A stretch of 59,981 bases of DNA, filler included, from Fonticula-like sp. SCN 57-25 (lineage: Eukaryota): the NCBI GenBank assembly GCA_001724245.1. It is 6 parts of 6 records of this genome, joined end to end, with 100 filler letters (N's around TTAATTAATTAA, not from the genome) between each part and the next. Parts side by side here need not be neighbours in the genome. Positions count along the whole stretch, not along the records: positions 1 to 11,683 come from MEDX01000293.1; positions 11,784 to 20,482 come from MEDX01000294.1; 4 more parts are not named here. One strand, 5' to 3'. A model generated the notes under the pieces. It saw only the letters and a list, made by a program, of their open reading frames with translations. It was not told where the DNA came from and ran no database searches. Each line of letters starts with the position of its first letter. Position 1 is the first letter of the stretch. A program made the position numbers and the translations under genes. Of the stretch, positions 1 through 13,699 are shown piece after piece.

Positions 1-41
1 TATGGTGTAGAGGGCACTTTGATCTCCTAGAGACCAATGAT

Positions 42-689
42 TTATGAAGACTTTGAGGCATAGAGCTGCGTGTACATGCGCACAAGCGAATTGTATCCCA
101 CTTCGTCTCCGCACCGCAGCAAGTTGGCTAATGAAGTGACATGTGAGTAGGGCGGGAAATGGCATAATCATGAATAGAGGCGATCCGCACCAGCGTCACA
201 GTTGAGAGGGCTGGACGGCTCGGGGGACCGCAAAAGTTGCCCAATAGTGAGGCATGTTGTATGCAACGTGTAGGCGGGTGTCCACTCGTCCTTTAAAAGG
301 TCGAGGCAAATGTCGCCGCGCTGTGGGCCGCCGGGTCAGTATCGATCGTTGGGCATCGCGGTAGTCGCACCTCCAGATGCACGTTCGGGTGGCAAACTCG
401 CGTCATAAACCGCACTTCGGGCGGCACCATGGGGTACCGCATAGGTACAACAATGTCGAGAATAAAAGTACCGCCTGCATAAAGTGGCATGAGCATTCGT
501 CGCGCGACCGTTCAACTACTCAAACGCACCTTCGTACGGCGTGTCGGCAGGCCCTTCCAGCTCAGCGCGCCAGTGCGTCAGTGAGTGCTCCTCAACAGGC
601 CTCAGCGTGACGCCTCCGTTGTTAAACTTTGGCGAGGAAAACTCCCTGTACTCCTTCATTAGGCGCTTGGTCATCGCCGTCGCGTCCAT
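42..689 (-). CDS. PEX4: Peroxisomal ubiquitin-conjugating enzyme (PEX4/UBC21-like E2), spliced
   Basis: Spliced translation reads MDATAMTKRLMKEY...GPADTPYEG/GTFILDI...HPNVHLE...ICLDLLKDEWTPAYTL...PEPSSPLNCDA...NLLRCGDEVGYNSLVRMYTQLYA*. It has the E2 HPN/active-Cys motif and the PEX4-type PLNCD..NLLR.GD..GYNS tail. Confidence 0.8.
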
Positions 690-890
690 CTTTGTTGTGC
701 TGACAGGACACGCGCTCTGTCAAAATAGCAAAAATTATATCAAATCATTGCCGTTGATTATTCAGCGATTGCCCGGTTCATTCGTAGAATATTCTTTTTG
801 GGACTTGTTGATTGTTGTTGATTGTTCGTTGTTGGTTCCTTGCGACGCTTACGCAGTACGCTTGCATCCGCATCCGCCCAGTGTCGCACA

Positions 891-2661
891 ATGGCTATGG
901 CAAAGGGCGCATCCGCGCTCGCTATCGGTGGCGAGCGCACCACTGGTGACGATATCCGTCAGCAGAATGGTACGAGACGCGAGGATGCTCGTTGGACCGA
1001 TGGACTAACGCGGATGGATGCCCGCTCGCAGTGACGGCTGTGCTGGCGATTGCCAATATTGTCAAGAGCTCGCTCGGCCCGGTCGGCCTCGACAAGATGC
1101 TCGTCGACGACATTGGCGTACGCTCCGACACGTCCCCTTTTATTTTCTCTAACGGCGGCCTGCGCAGGACGTGACCGTGACGAACGACGGCGCGACCATC
1201 CTCAAGCTGCTCGATGTGCAGCACCCGGCCGCCAAGGTGCTTGTGGAGCTTGCCGAGCAGCAGGACAAGGACGTCGGTGACGGCACCACGTCGGTTGTCA
1301 TCCTCGCCTCGGAGCTCCTCCGTCGCGCTAACGATCTTGTGCGCACGAAGACGCACGCCACCACTGTCATTAGCGGCTTCCGCATTGCCAGCCGCGAGGC
1401 GTGCAAGTACATTGCCGAGAACCTGACGACAAAGGTGGACGATCTCGGCCGCGCCTGCCTTTATAATGCTGCCAAGACCTCCATGTCTAGCAAAATCATT
1501 GGCGGCATGGACTCTGACTTTTTCGCCAACATGTGCGTTGATGCCGTTCTTTCGGTCAAGACGGTCAATGCCCGCGGCCAGACCAAGTACCCCGTCAGCG
1601 CGATCAATGTTCTCAAGGCGCACGGAAAGAGCGCCCGCGAGTCTGTTTTCGTCAACGGCTACGCGCTCAACTGCACCATTGCCGCGCAGAGCATGAAGAA
1701 GTCGATCAAGGGCGCTCGCATCGCCTGCCTCGACATTAACCTGCACAAGGCCCGCATGGGCCTCAACGTGCACGTTGTCATTGACGACCCGGATAAGCTC
1801 GAGGAGATCAAGCAGCGGGAAATTGACATTACCCGCGAGAAGATTAAGAAAATTTTGGATTCTGGCGCCAACGTTGTGCTCACGACCAAGGGCATTGACG
1901 ATCTGTGCCTAAAGTACTTTGTCGAGGCCGGCGCCATCGCCATCCGCCGGTGTAAGAAGGAGGATTTGCAGCGCATCGCCAAGGCGACCGGCGCCACGCT
2001 TGTCTCTTCCCTTGCCAACCTCGACGGCGAGGAGTCGTTTGACTCGTCGCTGCTCGGCCACGCCGACGAGGTGAGCCAGGAGCGCGTGTCCGACGATGAG
2101 CTGGTCCTTATCAAGGGCACCAAGGCTCACGGCTCGTCTTCCGTCATCCTCCGCGGCCCCAATGACCTTATGCTTGACGAGATGCAGCGCTCGCTGCACG
2201 ACGCCCTCTGCGTCGTCAAGCGCACGCTCGAGTCGCAGCGCGTCGTCCCCGGCGGCGGCTGTGTCGAGGCGGCCCTCTCGATCTACCTCGAGAACTATGC
2301 CACGACGCTCGGCTCGCGCGAGCAGCTCGCCATCGCCGAGTTTGCCCAGGCCATGCTCATCATCCCCAAGGTGCTCGCGGTCAACGCCGCCAAGGACTCG
2401 CCCGACCTCGTTGCCAAGCTGCGCGCGTTCCACAACGCCGCGCAGACCAAGGCCGAGACCGCCTCGTTCAAGCACTATGGCCTCGACCTCGTCAAGGGCG
2501 TCGTCCGCGACAACCTCAAGGCCGGTGTCCTCGAGCCCGCCATGATCAAGATCAAGAGCATCAAGGCCGCCACCGAGGCCGCCATCGCCATCCTCCGCAT
2601 CGACGACCTCATCAAGCTCGAGGCGCCGCCGCAGCGCGAGGACGACGGGCACGGCCACTAG
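891..2661 (+). CDS. TCP1: T-complex protein 1 subunit alpha (CCT1), two short 5' introns
   Basis: [26 protein letters not shown] and GDGTTSVV chaperonin motifs. NVLKAHGKS and GYALNCT are alpha-subunit type. Confidence 0.95.
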
Positions 2662-3087
2662 GCGGAGAGAGAGGGGAAAAAGGACGGTGATTTTGCATCG
2701 CGTCCCTTTTTGGTTCTCATTTTTTTCTCCCTGCTGCACAACATCAACTGTTACCAAAACGACGACGACTGACGACGAGGCAAAAAAGTAGTTTGATTAT
2801 ACCCGAAAAAGCCGACCGAGAGAGACTTTTAAACTATGTTTTCGTACCGCGCATTTGTGTCGCATCATCATCGGTTTTTTGTACATAATTCTATAAATAC
2901 CACGTGCTTTTCGTAGGAATCATTGACACGCACATATTNGTAATGGCATTTGTATTATGGCATTGCGGCATGTGGCTCACATTCTCAGCAATTTACACAC
3001 ACTTTAGACATTATAGGCCGAGCACGTCGCCCGAAAGAAAAGAAGGAAAGAGTTTTAGATTGCTATATCAACTTCACCGGCGGCACT

Positions 3088-6000
3088 TTAGATGGGAATC
3101 GGCCCCGCCTGCGGGTTATTGAGGCGCCTGTAGTAGCACGTGTCGGCCACGAGCTTTGCAATGTTGACCGCAAACGACGGCGAATCCTAGAAAAGTGTCA
3201 GCACCAACTGAATATAAAACCATGATCACTTTGTACCTTTACCGGCGGGGTGTCGGCAAGCAGCCTCGCGCGCTGCTCCGCCGTCACATCAGGAATGTTT
3301 TCCAGCACGTACGGCAAAAACCTCGCAAAAAACACGTCAAAGTCGACCGCCGCCATGTTGTACATTGTAATGATAATGTCGTCGCGCAGCGAGTCATGCG
3401 ACTTGTTGATGAGCACGCGCAAAAACGTCTCTAAAAACTTGAACAACAAATTCGCCTTGAACACGTCACGTTGATAGAGACGCCGCGTCGCATTAAGGTG
3501 TTCAATGCCGCGCAAATTCTGTTTAAAGACATCGGCCTCTGCCACGTGGAAGGAAAACGCGAGCGTGTCGAGCAGGCCGGCAAACTGCGCAAGACACGTG
3601 GCCTGCGTGGCGGGCGGCGCCGACGGGCTAAAGAAAAAGTTCCAGCCGTTGAGCAGCAGCGAGTGGACGAGCTCAAAGAAGGGCGGGCGGAGGACGACGG
3701 CGGCTTGGGCGTCGCGAATGAGGGGCGAAAGTTGGTCAAGGACGAGCTTGATAATGTCGGGGAGGGAAGACTCAAAGGCTTTGCTCGGCTCATCAGTCAG
3801 TGTCTTGAGAAGGCGAACAAACCTAAGAGGGAATTAGCATGAATGGTGCGAAAAATATGAAAAATGCATGTTTTACGTCACTTTTGACATCCACATGGGT
3901 ATCATTTGACCATAATGAAAACCACGTTGATACCCACAATGATACACATAATGATGCACATAATGATACACACATTGATACACACATTCATACTCACTTT
4001 AATACCCCCTTTCCCTTTCCCTTCACTGTCCCTTTTTTCTCGTTCCCAAACACGTACTTTGCGAGCATTTCGGCCGCCGCCGCATCCCCCCTCATGATCG
4101 CGTTCATATAGTGGTCACTTCCGAGCATCCCCAGCAGCATCCCAACAGTGTCGCTGGTGAACTTTGGCCCGAGCTGCACGCGCAGCACATCAAACAGGAC
4201 GAGGAAAAAGTCAAGCTCGCGGCTGAGCACGTCCGTCTCGTGGAGGTAAACGCGCAAAAGGTCGAGCACGGCGGGAAGTGCGTCCTGGATGGCGTCGAGG
4301 ACGGCCGATTTGCTCTGCTTTTGCTCGCTCTGGACCGCCTGGACGCACGCGGAAAGCACGCCAATGGTCTCGCTCACCATTTGTTTCACTGAGGAAAAAG
4401 TTAGTGGGTGGAAAAGTGAGGAAAAGATTGGAAATATCATCATCAACAACATCAATGACACTCATCCATGGCACTCATACATGACATGATACTCATAATG
4501 ATCATCATCATCATCATCATCAATGGCACTCATCAATACCACTATATTCCCAATAAACGTACCGTCGTCACGAAGGTAAATGCGCTGCTCGACAAACCCA
4601 ACAATTCCCTGCAGCCCCTTGAACGGCCCCACAACTGGCGCCAAAAAGCCACGCAGTGCCGCGGCGCGCGTCTGCCACTCGGCGTTGTCGCGAACTGGGA
4701 CGGCGGGCGACACAATGGCGCTCGTAATGCCCTGCACAATCACATTGCGGACCGCCACGAACGGCACTGACGACAGGAAAGATGACACGAGCTTCTCAAT
4801 TGGGGGGAGTGACGCAAAGCCGGGTGGGCGAACAGTGCTCGCGAGGCGGCGAAGATAGTCAGCAGTCACAAGCGACAGCTGCTCATTCGTCTGGTGAAGA
4901 TGTCAGCAAGGCAAGGCAATCAGGTAATCAGACAAAAATAAGGATACAAAATGGTCAATCAGGACATGAATTGGTCAATTAAAACATGTATCAGGGTGAA
5001 TACCACCCAATAAATCAGACAATAAATCAACATTTCAGTCAATCAACCCACAAATTCACACAATAAATCAACAAAAAAGCGCACCGAGCACAAAAGAACG
5101 CCACAAAGGAGGTCCGCCTGCTCCACGATGAGCGCCTGGTACGCCGCCTGCAGCTCGTGCGACGCGCCGCTGCGCTGCTGGTACGTCGACAGCCAATTGG
5201 TGAACGACCCGAGCGTGAACATGAGCTGCGTCGCCCTGCCAACCAATCACAGCGCGTCAGCTACCGCACATAAATCCCTTTTGGCGTACACTTTGGCGAG
5301 CTGCGGGCCGGCCTGGAAGGTCTTGTACGCCACCATGTACCGGCCGAGCTCGGTGAACTTTTGGAGCAGCTGCTGCACGCTCGCAAAGAGCTGCTCATAC
5401 GAGCCTTCAAAGATGGGCACGAGGCGACCAAAGATGCGCAGGAGAGTGCGGAGGTCGCGCATGCGGCAGAGCCACTGGGCGGAGCGCTCGCCGGAGTTGG
5501 CGCCGACCTCGAGAGCAGTGTGGACCTGCGAAAAGGCCTGCATCTCCTCGACCAGCATCGGGTACTATAGGGGACAGGAACGCATGGTGAGCAAGAAATA
5601 AAAAGAAATGATCAAAAATAAAGGCAAAATGTGGCGAGAAAGTAGCAAAACGTAGCAAAAACGTGGCAAAAACGGTGCAAAAAGACGCACGAGAAGGTCG
5701 AGTGTCTCGCTGGGAAAGAGCTCTGCGATGGCGCCGAGCACGTCCGTGGCCTTTTCCAGGAAACTGTCCCACTCAGTATGACCCTCAGCGTCCTCGTTGA
5801 CGTCATCCACCTGGCTCAGCTCTTGGCTGTTTGACTTGAAGAGCATCTTTTTAAGCAGCTGGACGACAAAAGACAGCAGCCCGTCGCGGTAGCGCCCGAG
5901 GTCTGCGCTGCCCGCCGCGCCGCCGCTGCGCACGTCCTCGCGCTGGGCGAGGTAGCCGACAAAGGTGGCCCAGGGGTCGAGGCACGCGATGAAGGCATCA

Positions 6001-7490
6001 AGCTGAGGCTGCAAAAATGTATACTTGAAAAGCTGGCCGAGAAAGTCCAGCATCGCAAAATTGCTGCTCGCCTCGACGCGGCGAACATGCTGAGAAAGGA
6101 AAACGCTGATGAAATCCGTAAACTTTTCGCGGTAGCTGCGCGGCGTGTCAGCAAAAGTGGAAAAAGAAGGGCAGGTAGCGTCAAACACAAGCAAAAAGGC
6201 ACAAAACCCCTCTAAAATATGAATATAAACGTACTCGTCCTCGAGGTCCTCGATTCCGGCGCCGTTCTTTTGCGGGTTGTCGTCGGTGAGGTCGCGCAGG
6301 ATGGCGAATGTGTTGTGAAAGATCTGTACGAGGTACTCTTCAAAGTCGCGCGGGATGCAGCTGCGGCCCATCATCTCGTTGATGCACGACATGGCGAGCG
6401 TGCCGAGCGCGACCGTGCTCGCGTCGTTGAGCGCGGCAAACTTGAAGATGGTCGCCAGCAGCGACGGCGTCACAAAGTAAGAGAGGGAAATCCAGCTGAA
6501 CAGCTGAAGGAGAATCTCGAGCGCAAGCGTGGCCAGCTGCTTGCTGTTGGCATCGAGGCGCGCCATGCGGACAAACTTGTCGGGGCTCTCGGTGAAGCCC
6601 GCGGCGGAGGCGAGGCCGGTGAAGACTGCGCCGTTCACGGGCGACGGCATCGGCGCGCGCGTGGCGACAGAGGCGAGCATCGAGCGCTCAAAGATGGTGT
6701 CGAGAACGCCCTGGACAAGCGACAGGACACCAGGAAGCTGCTCTACAAGCGCCTAAAGGTCGGTGTGAGCAGCATACAGCAAAAAATTTCACGGAAAGGC
6801 GTACCTTTTTCAACTCGATCTTGCGCGCGGCGGGGATGTCTTCCCGCGATGAGCTAAACTCTTCGACAAGCGTCCCTAGCAAGATGAGACCGAGCGCGGA
6901 CGTGTCTGGCCGCTGTATGAGCTGCTGTGTGAATGGCAAGAGGTCCGGAAAGTTCATCGGCCACTCAAACTTGCCAATGTCCACAATCGTCTTGCACAGC
7001 TTGTTCATGACGTAGCGCTCGAGCGACGCATGGCGCGTAGAAAGCATCTCTAGAAGAAATGAGCGCAGCTGAAGGCGGTCGCTCTCTGCTATCCTGAACC
7101 AGCCGGTGAGGATAGCGTGCTGTGCGCGTCGACTGTTAGGATCGGATGACTGGGATCCCAGCACGTACCTCGACCACCGACAGCGCATAGAACTGGACAA
7201 CGGGGACGCGTGTGTTGCCGAGCAGGTAGATGCACTGCCGCCACGCGTCCGGCTGTGAGCGAAACGAAGTCAACGTCGCCTCTGCACGTTTCACTCGTTA
7301 GAACGCGGTGCCAAGGTGAGACGCGCCCACGCAGCCGTACCGGCATCACGTTTCGTGTTGGGCGGCAAGACGGGATCAAACGCCCGAACAATTAAACTTT
7401 CGAGCTCCTGCTGTTGCTGTATCACGCGCAAAACGTAAGAAAAGAGCACGGTATGTACAGAGAGCGAGTCGGGCCGCAGCAACGCACCAT
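3088..7490 (-). CDS. XPO6: Exportin-6-like karyopherin, multi-exon
   Basis: Importin-beta N-terminal region NKLCKTIVDIGKFEWP. C-terminal LINKSHDSLRDDIIITMYNMAAVDFDVFF and DSPSFAVNIAKLVADTCYYR match the XPO6 tail. The start is inferred as an ATG-only exon at 7488-7490. Confidence 0.85.
3929..3990 (+). repeat. Degenerate 12-bp tandem repeat (GATACACATAAT-like, about 5 copies) inside an AT-rich XPO6 intron
   Basis: gatacccacaat gatacacataat gatgcacataat gatacacacatt gatacacacatt is visible directly. Confidence 0.7.
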
Positions 7491-7693
7491 TTTCCGCAGG
7501 TCACTCCCGCCGTCTCACACACAGTCCACGACAGCAACTGGTTTGTTGATCACCTGTGCACACGCCTGTGACACGATCGGAACGGCCGTAAAATGAACGC
7601 TGCCACAGCGCGGCGCTGGGCACTAGGCGCTTCATTCGTGCAATAAGGCAAAATATATTAAACATGGTGCTGAATGGTAGTGGTACAATGGTA

Positions 7694-9496
7694 TTAATAG
7701 GCGGGCTGCGCGATGTTTTCGAGCTCCCAGATCAAGTTCTCCTCGGACCCGACGCGCATGCGCTTCATGGACGGGAGCTGCATATAGAGCGTCCCCGAGC
7801 GGATATCAAAGAACACCTCCCTGCACACGCGAGTGAGAAAAAGAAAGAGACAAAAATAAGCCGTACTTGTCCGCAATTGACACGACGGCGACGAGCAGGC
7901 TCGGGTTGGCCATGGTCTGCACCGACACTGCGACGCCCAGCTCGGGCCGCCGCTGCGCGAGCGCGTCTACGGTGCGTACAAAGCTCTTCCACGCAATGTA
8001 CTGCCGCATCAGTGTGTGCACCTCGGGCACAATCGCCTGCAAGCTGCAGCATTCCCAGCATTAGTCGATAAAGTACGAAGACAAAAAACGCACTGCGAGT
8101 CGCCAAACTGGAATTGGGCTGGCTCCATCTGCGTGTGCCGCCAGAACGCGTCCAGCAGCAGCCTGCGCAGCAGCAGGCCCGCCGCGGCGCACATCAGCCC
8201 GCTTGGCCCGCTGCGCTGCTGCGTCTGCGCCGTCGCGCTGGCGCGGTCGGTCAGCCGGAACTGCAGCCGGTGCGCGTCATCAAGCTGAACACTCACAGAG
8301 TGCTCGAGCTGGTGCACCACGCCGTACGCCTTTGACACGCGCAGCTCTGCCTGAAGCTATTGAAATCATAAGAAAACCATATTAAAAGTGACTTTTAAAC
8401 GTACGACAGACAAGAGCTCGCCTTCAAACACGCATGACTGAGCTTCGAGCAGCTGTCGCGTGAGGTCGTGGGAGACGCCGGCTGCGAGAGGTGTCAGCAA
8501 AGAACAAGGCAAGCACGCACGCGTACACAAAAGAGAAAAAGAGACACCCTGGAGGGGCAAGCTACAGCTTTCCTCTGCAATGTCGCCCGACGTCTGCACC
8601 GAAACGCACAGCAGCTTTTGCGACGTGTGCGCCGACGGGATGACGAGCCGAAGCGAGGGGGACGGCTCGGCGGCAGCCCCGTCAACGTCCATTGCGTCCG
8701 ACGAGGCAGACGACGCGACCGCGGCCGACGGGCGGATGGTCTCGCGGACCAGATCGGCCGTGCTGCTGTCGCTGAAAAAGTGGGCATCGACTGGGGATGC
8801 AGCAGGGTTAGCAACAGTGCACCGACAATCAGCGCGGTTAACGCACCATTCGGGTAGCGGTAGTCGACGGCTGTGAGACCGCCCGGCTTGTTCGCCAGGA
8901 TCCACCGCCTGCGCAGGCGCAGCGACTCGCTGTCGAGATGCTGCGCCGCCTTGAGCGACTGGTCGAGATCGCTCGCAGCATCAAGCAGAATGTTGGACAC
9001 CATCTCGACCGTCTCCTTTTGAATCGCCTGCTGAAGCTGCACTTCGTACAGGAAGCGCGCGGGCGACGGGCGCACCGCTTCCATAGGCAACGGCACGAGA
9101 ATGTCGTCGGGCTTGCGCACATGCTGCAGCACGTCAAGCATTACCTCCACCTCAGAATACGCAGCCCTAGGCGAGTCGTCAGCCAGCTGAAGCGAGCGAC
9201 AGAAAGGATTCCGTACCGCAACCGCTCGTGCACAGAGAAAAGCGGCCACGGCGCCTGCTCTACTGTCGGTGGCCCGGTTGCCGCCGCTATTGACTCTTTG
9301 CCGCGCTGGATCTCGCGCAGCAGCGTCTGTAACCGCTCATTGGGGGTTGGGTCCCTGCGCGGATTCGGTTAGGCACGCCCCTTTCTCTTACAACAGCACA
9401 GCGAGCGTACTTGACAAGCTCCTCCTCGCCGGTCGCGAGGATCTGCCGCACCTGGCGCTCCTGCCGAGCCTCCAGGCCGACGGTGAACTCTGCCAT
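7694..9496 (-). CDS. MED17: Mediator subunit 17-like, multi-exon
   Basis: N-terminal LEARQERQVRQILATGEE, AYSEVEVMLDVL and LRLRRRWIL resemble Med17 conserved blocks. Regular host-type introns are present. Confidence 0.65.
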
Positions 9497-9579
9497 GATC
9501 CCCTTCCGCCCTCGCAGGTCGGTTTCAGACTGACTTGGTCAATAATCCGCTGCAGAACCGAAGTGTTGCATGCCGCCGG

Positions 9580-11222
9580 ATGGCACGCGTGAACGACACG
9601 TCGATGCTGTCTACGGATCACTATGACGACGACGGCCATGACGAGAGCCCGCTGCTGAATGACAGCGACTCGGGCGTCGTCAAGCGGCCGCGGAGTGTGT
9701 TTTATAATTATTATGTCTTGTCATTACTCGTGCTCGCGTTCGTGTCGAACCAGATTGACCGCCTCGTCATCAACTTTATCAAGGAGGAGATTCAGGAAGA
9801 CATTGAGTTCACCGACACGCAGTATGGCTTTCTTGTTGGGTACGGCTTTGCCGTCGTTGTTGTGCTGTGCGGTATTCCGCTGGGGTCGCTGGCCGACCGC
9901 TACTCGCGCAAAAACCTCCTCATCTTTGGCATCATCATGTGGTCGGCGTCCACGGTGACGCAGGGCCTCGCCAAGGAGTACTGGCACCTGCTCGTCAGCC
10001 GCATCGGCCTTGGCATCGGCGAGGCCACCTTTTCGCCGGCGGCCATCGCGCTCATCGCCGACTACTTTGAGCCGGAGCACCGCGCAATGCCCGACTCGCT
10101 GTTTCAGATGGGCAGCTACCTTGGCGCGGGGCTCGCCTCCATCCTCAGCGCCGTCCTCATCTCGGTGCGCTCCTATGGCTTTTATTCCTCTTGGCTAATA
10201 TAGTACGCTTGTTAGGTTGACTCGCTTGACTGGCGCTGGACCATGTACATCTTTGGCATCTTTGGCTTTGTTCTGTGCTTCGTGATCATTGTGACGCTTC
10301 GCGAGCCGCACCGGACGCGCGTCAAGTCGAGCCAGGTCGGCCTCGCCTCGCGCATGATCAAGCACAAGAGCTACTCGTACCGCCAGACCTTCTTTTACAT
10401 GGTGACGATCGACTCGTCGTGGCGGCTGAGCCTCGCCGGCGGCATGCGCATGCTCGTCACCTTTAGTTTGGCGGCCTTTATGCCTGCCTTTTTAAAGCAG
10501 ACGTACCCGACATTTGAGCTCAATATCAACTACTGGTACGGCCTCATGACTATTGTCATGGGCGTGCTGGCGTCGCTGCTCGGCGGCGCCCTGACCACCT
10601 TTTGGATGCGTCGGAACCCGCGCGCGCCCGCCTTTGTGTCCGCCGCCGGCTGCCTCCTCGCAATCCCCTTCATGGCCGTCGCGACGCTCGCGCACACAAT
10701 TGTCACAGACAGCGAGGCAGAGGCGCTCACGCTGGCTTTCGCCTGCCTCTTCGTCGCTTTTGGCTTTTCCGAAGTGTGGCCGGGGCCAGCCACTTTGTTA
10801 TTGCAGTCGGTCCTGCCGCAGGGCATGCAGGGTGCGCACGCCATATTTACATGCATAATTGGCAGCTAATAAGGAAAATTTGTTGCTTAGGTACCGGATT
10901 TGGCATCTATTTTGCGGTTGTCATGCTGATCGGCGGCGCCGGTCCCGAGGTGGTCGCGCTCCTGCTTGACCGCTTTGACGACGAGTACGCGTACGTGCTG
11001 CTGGGCGTTCTCGCCGGGGGACTTTTCCTGAGCGCGCTCCTCTTCCTGTGGTCGTCCGTCTCGTACGAGGCAGACCTGCTCACTCGCGAGGTCTTTATTG
11101 TCGGCGGCGACATGTCCGCCTCGCTGTCCCGAAAGAGGCGACTTTTGCTCTACTCGGGCATCGCGCTACTTCTCAGCGGGACTGTAACTGTCATGGTTTG
11201 TACTTTTCTTGTCACTTCCTAG
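9580..11222 (+). CDS. MFS transporter, Spinster-like, two introns
   Basis: NQIDR TM1 motif, GSLADRYSRK motif A, SRIGLGIGEA and ALIADYF. There are multiple TM helices and an N-terminal DESPLL dileucine-type lysosomal sorting signal. Confidence 0.88.
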
Positions 11223-11683
11223 AGCCGTCAATGTCTGAAATTTTGACTTTTGATAATAGAAGGTTATTTGTCGCAAATCCGTTTTGAAATGACTGTAAAA
11301 TTATAGACTAAAAGCCACATTCTATCAGACTTGAAGCACTTCTAAAGGCACATTGTCGATATAAACACGTCGAAATAAACCACTTTGTGGTACATGCACG
11401 TTTCTTTCCCTTCTTCCCTTTTGCTTTTCATGTTGTTATAATGGAGAAATGTATCCGTGCACAGGTCATCACCCGCCCAGCCAACAGTTGTCGCAAGCAA
11501 TGGTTTTATTACACGGCAATTCTTTCTAACACACTTGTCTGGCCCGTTCATCGCAACTGAACCGCACCGCCCCCGCGAGGCGAACCTCGCGATCAGCGGC
11601 CGTCCAGCAATGCCAGGAATTCGAGTGCGTAAGCGTTGTTCATATGGCGAAAAGGCGAAAAATCGGATCTGAGAGGTCATTCA

Positions 11684-11783
11684 NNNNNNNNNNNNNNNNN
11701 NNNNNNNNNNNNNNNNNNNNNNNNNNNTTAATTAATTAANNNNNNNNNNNNNNNNNNNNNNNNNNNNNNNNNNNNNNNNNNNN
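11684..11783. other. Artificial contig linker
   Basis: 100 nt: N-run, TTAATTAATTAA (stops in all six frames), N-run. Confidence 0.98.
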
Positions 11784-12499
11784 AGCGACCTCTTTATCAT
11801 TGACCAGCACGCGACGGACGAAAAGTTCAACTTTGAGCAGCTCGTGCGCGACACTGTCATCCACAGCCAGCGCCTCGTCGTGTACGTGGCCCATTTTTTC
11901 ATCCTGAAACTGACGTTGGTCAACATAGGCCGCAGGTCCTCGAGCTCTCCGCCGCGGAAGAGGCCGTTGTTGAAGATCACGTGGACGTTTTCCGCCGCAG
12001 CGGTTTTGAGCTGTCGGTGGACGCGACCGCCGAGCCGATGCACCGCGTGCGCCTGCTCACCAAGCCCATCACGGGCGACTGCGTGCTCGGCGTCAACGAG
12101 CTCCACGAGATGATCACGATGCTCGCCGAGTTCCCGGACACGGTCGCGCGGCCGTCAAAGCTGCGCGCCGTCTTTGCCATGCGGGCGTGCCGCAAGTCGG
12201 TCATGATAGGGACGCCGCTCAGCCGCACGCAGATGCGCAAGGTGCGATGTGGTGTGAAGTAATAGTAGAGCGCTAATTATGCTTTAGATTGTGGACCACA
12301 TGGGCGACATGGTGCATCCCTGGGTACGCTCGGCCTTGTACTATAATTTATCATAGCAACTAATTCGTTATTCTAGAACTGCCCGCACGGAAGGCCGACG
12401 ATGCGCCATGCGTTTGACCTCGCCAAGGCGGTGCAGCCGCCGGCCCCGCCGCAGCGGCCGAGCGGACTCGCCTCGCTCCTCGCCCGCATCGCGCCATAG
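11784..12499 (+). CDS. PMS2: MutL homolog PMS2, C-terminal endonuclease domain (5' truncated by contig edge)
   Basis: LFIIDQHATDEKFNFE (DQHAx2Ex4E), FAMRACRKSVMIG and HPW/NCPHGRPTMRH. Confidence 0.92.
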
Positions 12500-12675
12500 C
12501 TTCGATCCCCTATTTGTACAACAGCAATAATTTATGTCGTTCTGGTTTGAATTTGATCACAGCCCATACCATACAATCAACAAAATGGCATTATAGAAAC
12601 TAGGAAGAAACAATAATGGGAATGAAAGTAGACTATTTTTTCTCATTTTTGGCGCCAAAGGTCTTGTTTGGGGCA

Positions 12676-13438
12676 CTAGAGCTCCATGCCGGGCGTCTCG
12701 TCGTCGCTGTAGTCGCCGATGGGGCTCATTTCGCTGTCTGAATCCGAGTCGTTCCCGAGGTTCCGCAGAGCGTCCTCGGTGGCAAAGCGCGTCACGTAGT
12801 CGCGGACCTTGGTCTTGTAGCCTTCCTGATCGCGCAGGAGCATCGCGGCGGCCTCGCTGTTCAAGGGATCCGTCGGGTTGGGGTACGCCAGCAGCTGCGG
12901 CAAGAAAACCTCGAAAACATTAATCATATCTGCGGGGTGTCAGTCGGTGAAGGGAGCAAAATGGCATGAAACGCACCAAACATTGGGCTCCAGGTCTGGT
13001 TGATGACGTCCAGGCAAACGGATCCCGACCTGCAAAGCGCAAAAAATGGTCAGTCCCGAGCGCACGTAGTATCAAGAATAGTCGCACGTTTCATCTATGT
13101 TTGGGTGGAAAATTCTGTTGACAAAGCCGATCGAGGGCGACTTGTAAGGGTACTGGTCGGGGAGCTCGACGTGGACCTTCCACACGCCCCCGTGGAACGG
13201 CGCTGCGGAACCCCACACGTCAGCATCCACTTAACCACACGAGCCACCGCCGATTACGCACTGTCTTTCGGCCCCTCAAACTTGACAAACATCTCTTGCA
13301 TACTGTCGTTCACCAGCGTAACTTCAAACCCGCTCATAAGGCTGCAGGCAAATATTTGCGTGAGCAGAAGCGACATCAAGGCGGCACTTCGTACAGCTTC
13401 ATCACGTCCGTCTCGATGCGACGGCGCGGACTCGACAT
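12676..13438 (-). CDS. UBE2H: Ubiquitin-conjugating enzyme E2 H (Ubc8-like), multi-exon
   Basis: [67 protein letters not shown] and an acidic tail. Confidence 0.93.
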
Positions 13439-13699
13439 TGTGGCACCACTCGCTCAAGCGCCTCCTCTCCCTCCTAGTCTCTGCTGCGTTCAAAAAAGCA
13501 CTAAACGGACAAAAACACCGCTTCGGGTGCCGCCCAGGATCCTGTCTGTGTCGCGGTGTTTGCGGTCGCGCCAAACAAGAACAAAAAGTTGACGTCAGCC
13601 AATCAATACCATTACGGTAACGATACGGTAATCTTGATTTTGCGCGGGTAATTTCGGTTTGTCGTTCGTGTTTGAGGTCAGCAAACTGCACCTCTCGAC

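Noticed and set aside
922-2757. Long antisense ORFs (283 and 282 aa), and similar ones opposite the RBR ligase, AK-HSDH, thiolase and Cu-ATPase
   Set aside because: Shadow ORFs caused by high GC3 codon bias of the real genes.
4495-4525. (ATC)n microsatellite, and (CTG)n at 33781-33805
   Set aside because: An ordinary intronic microsatellite and a short polyQ tract.
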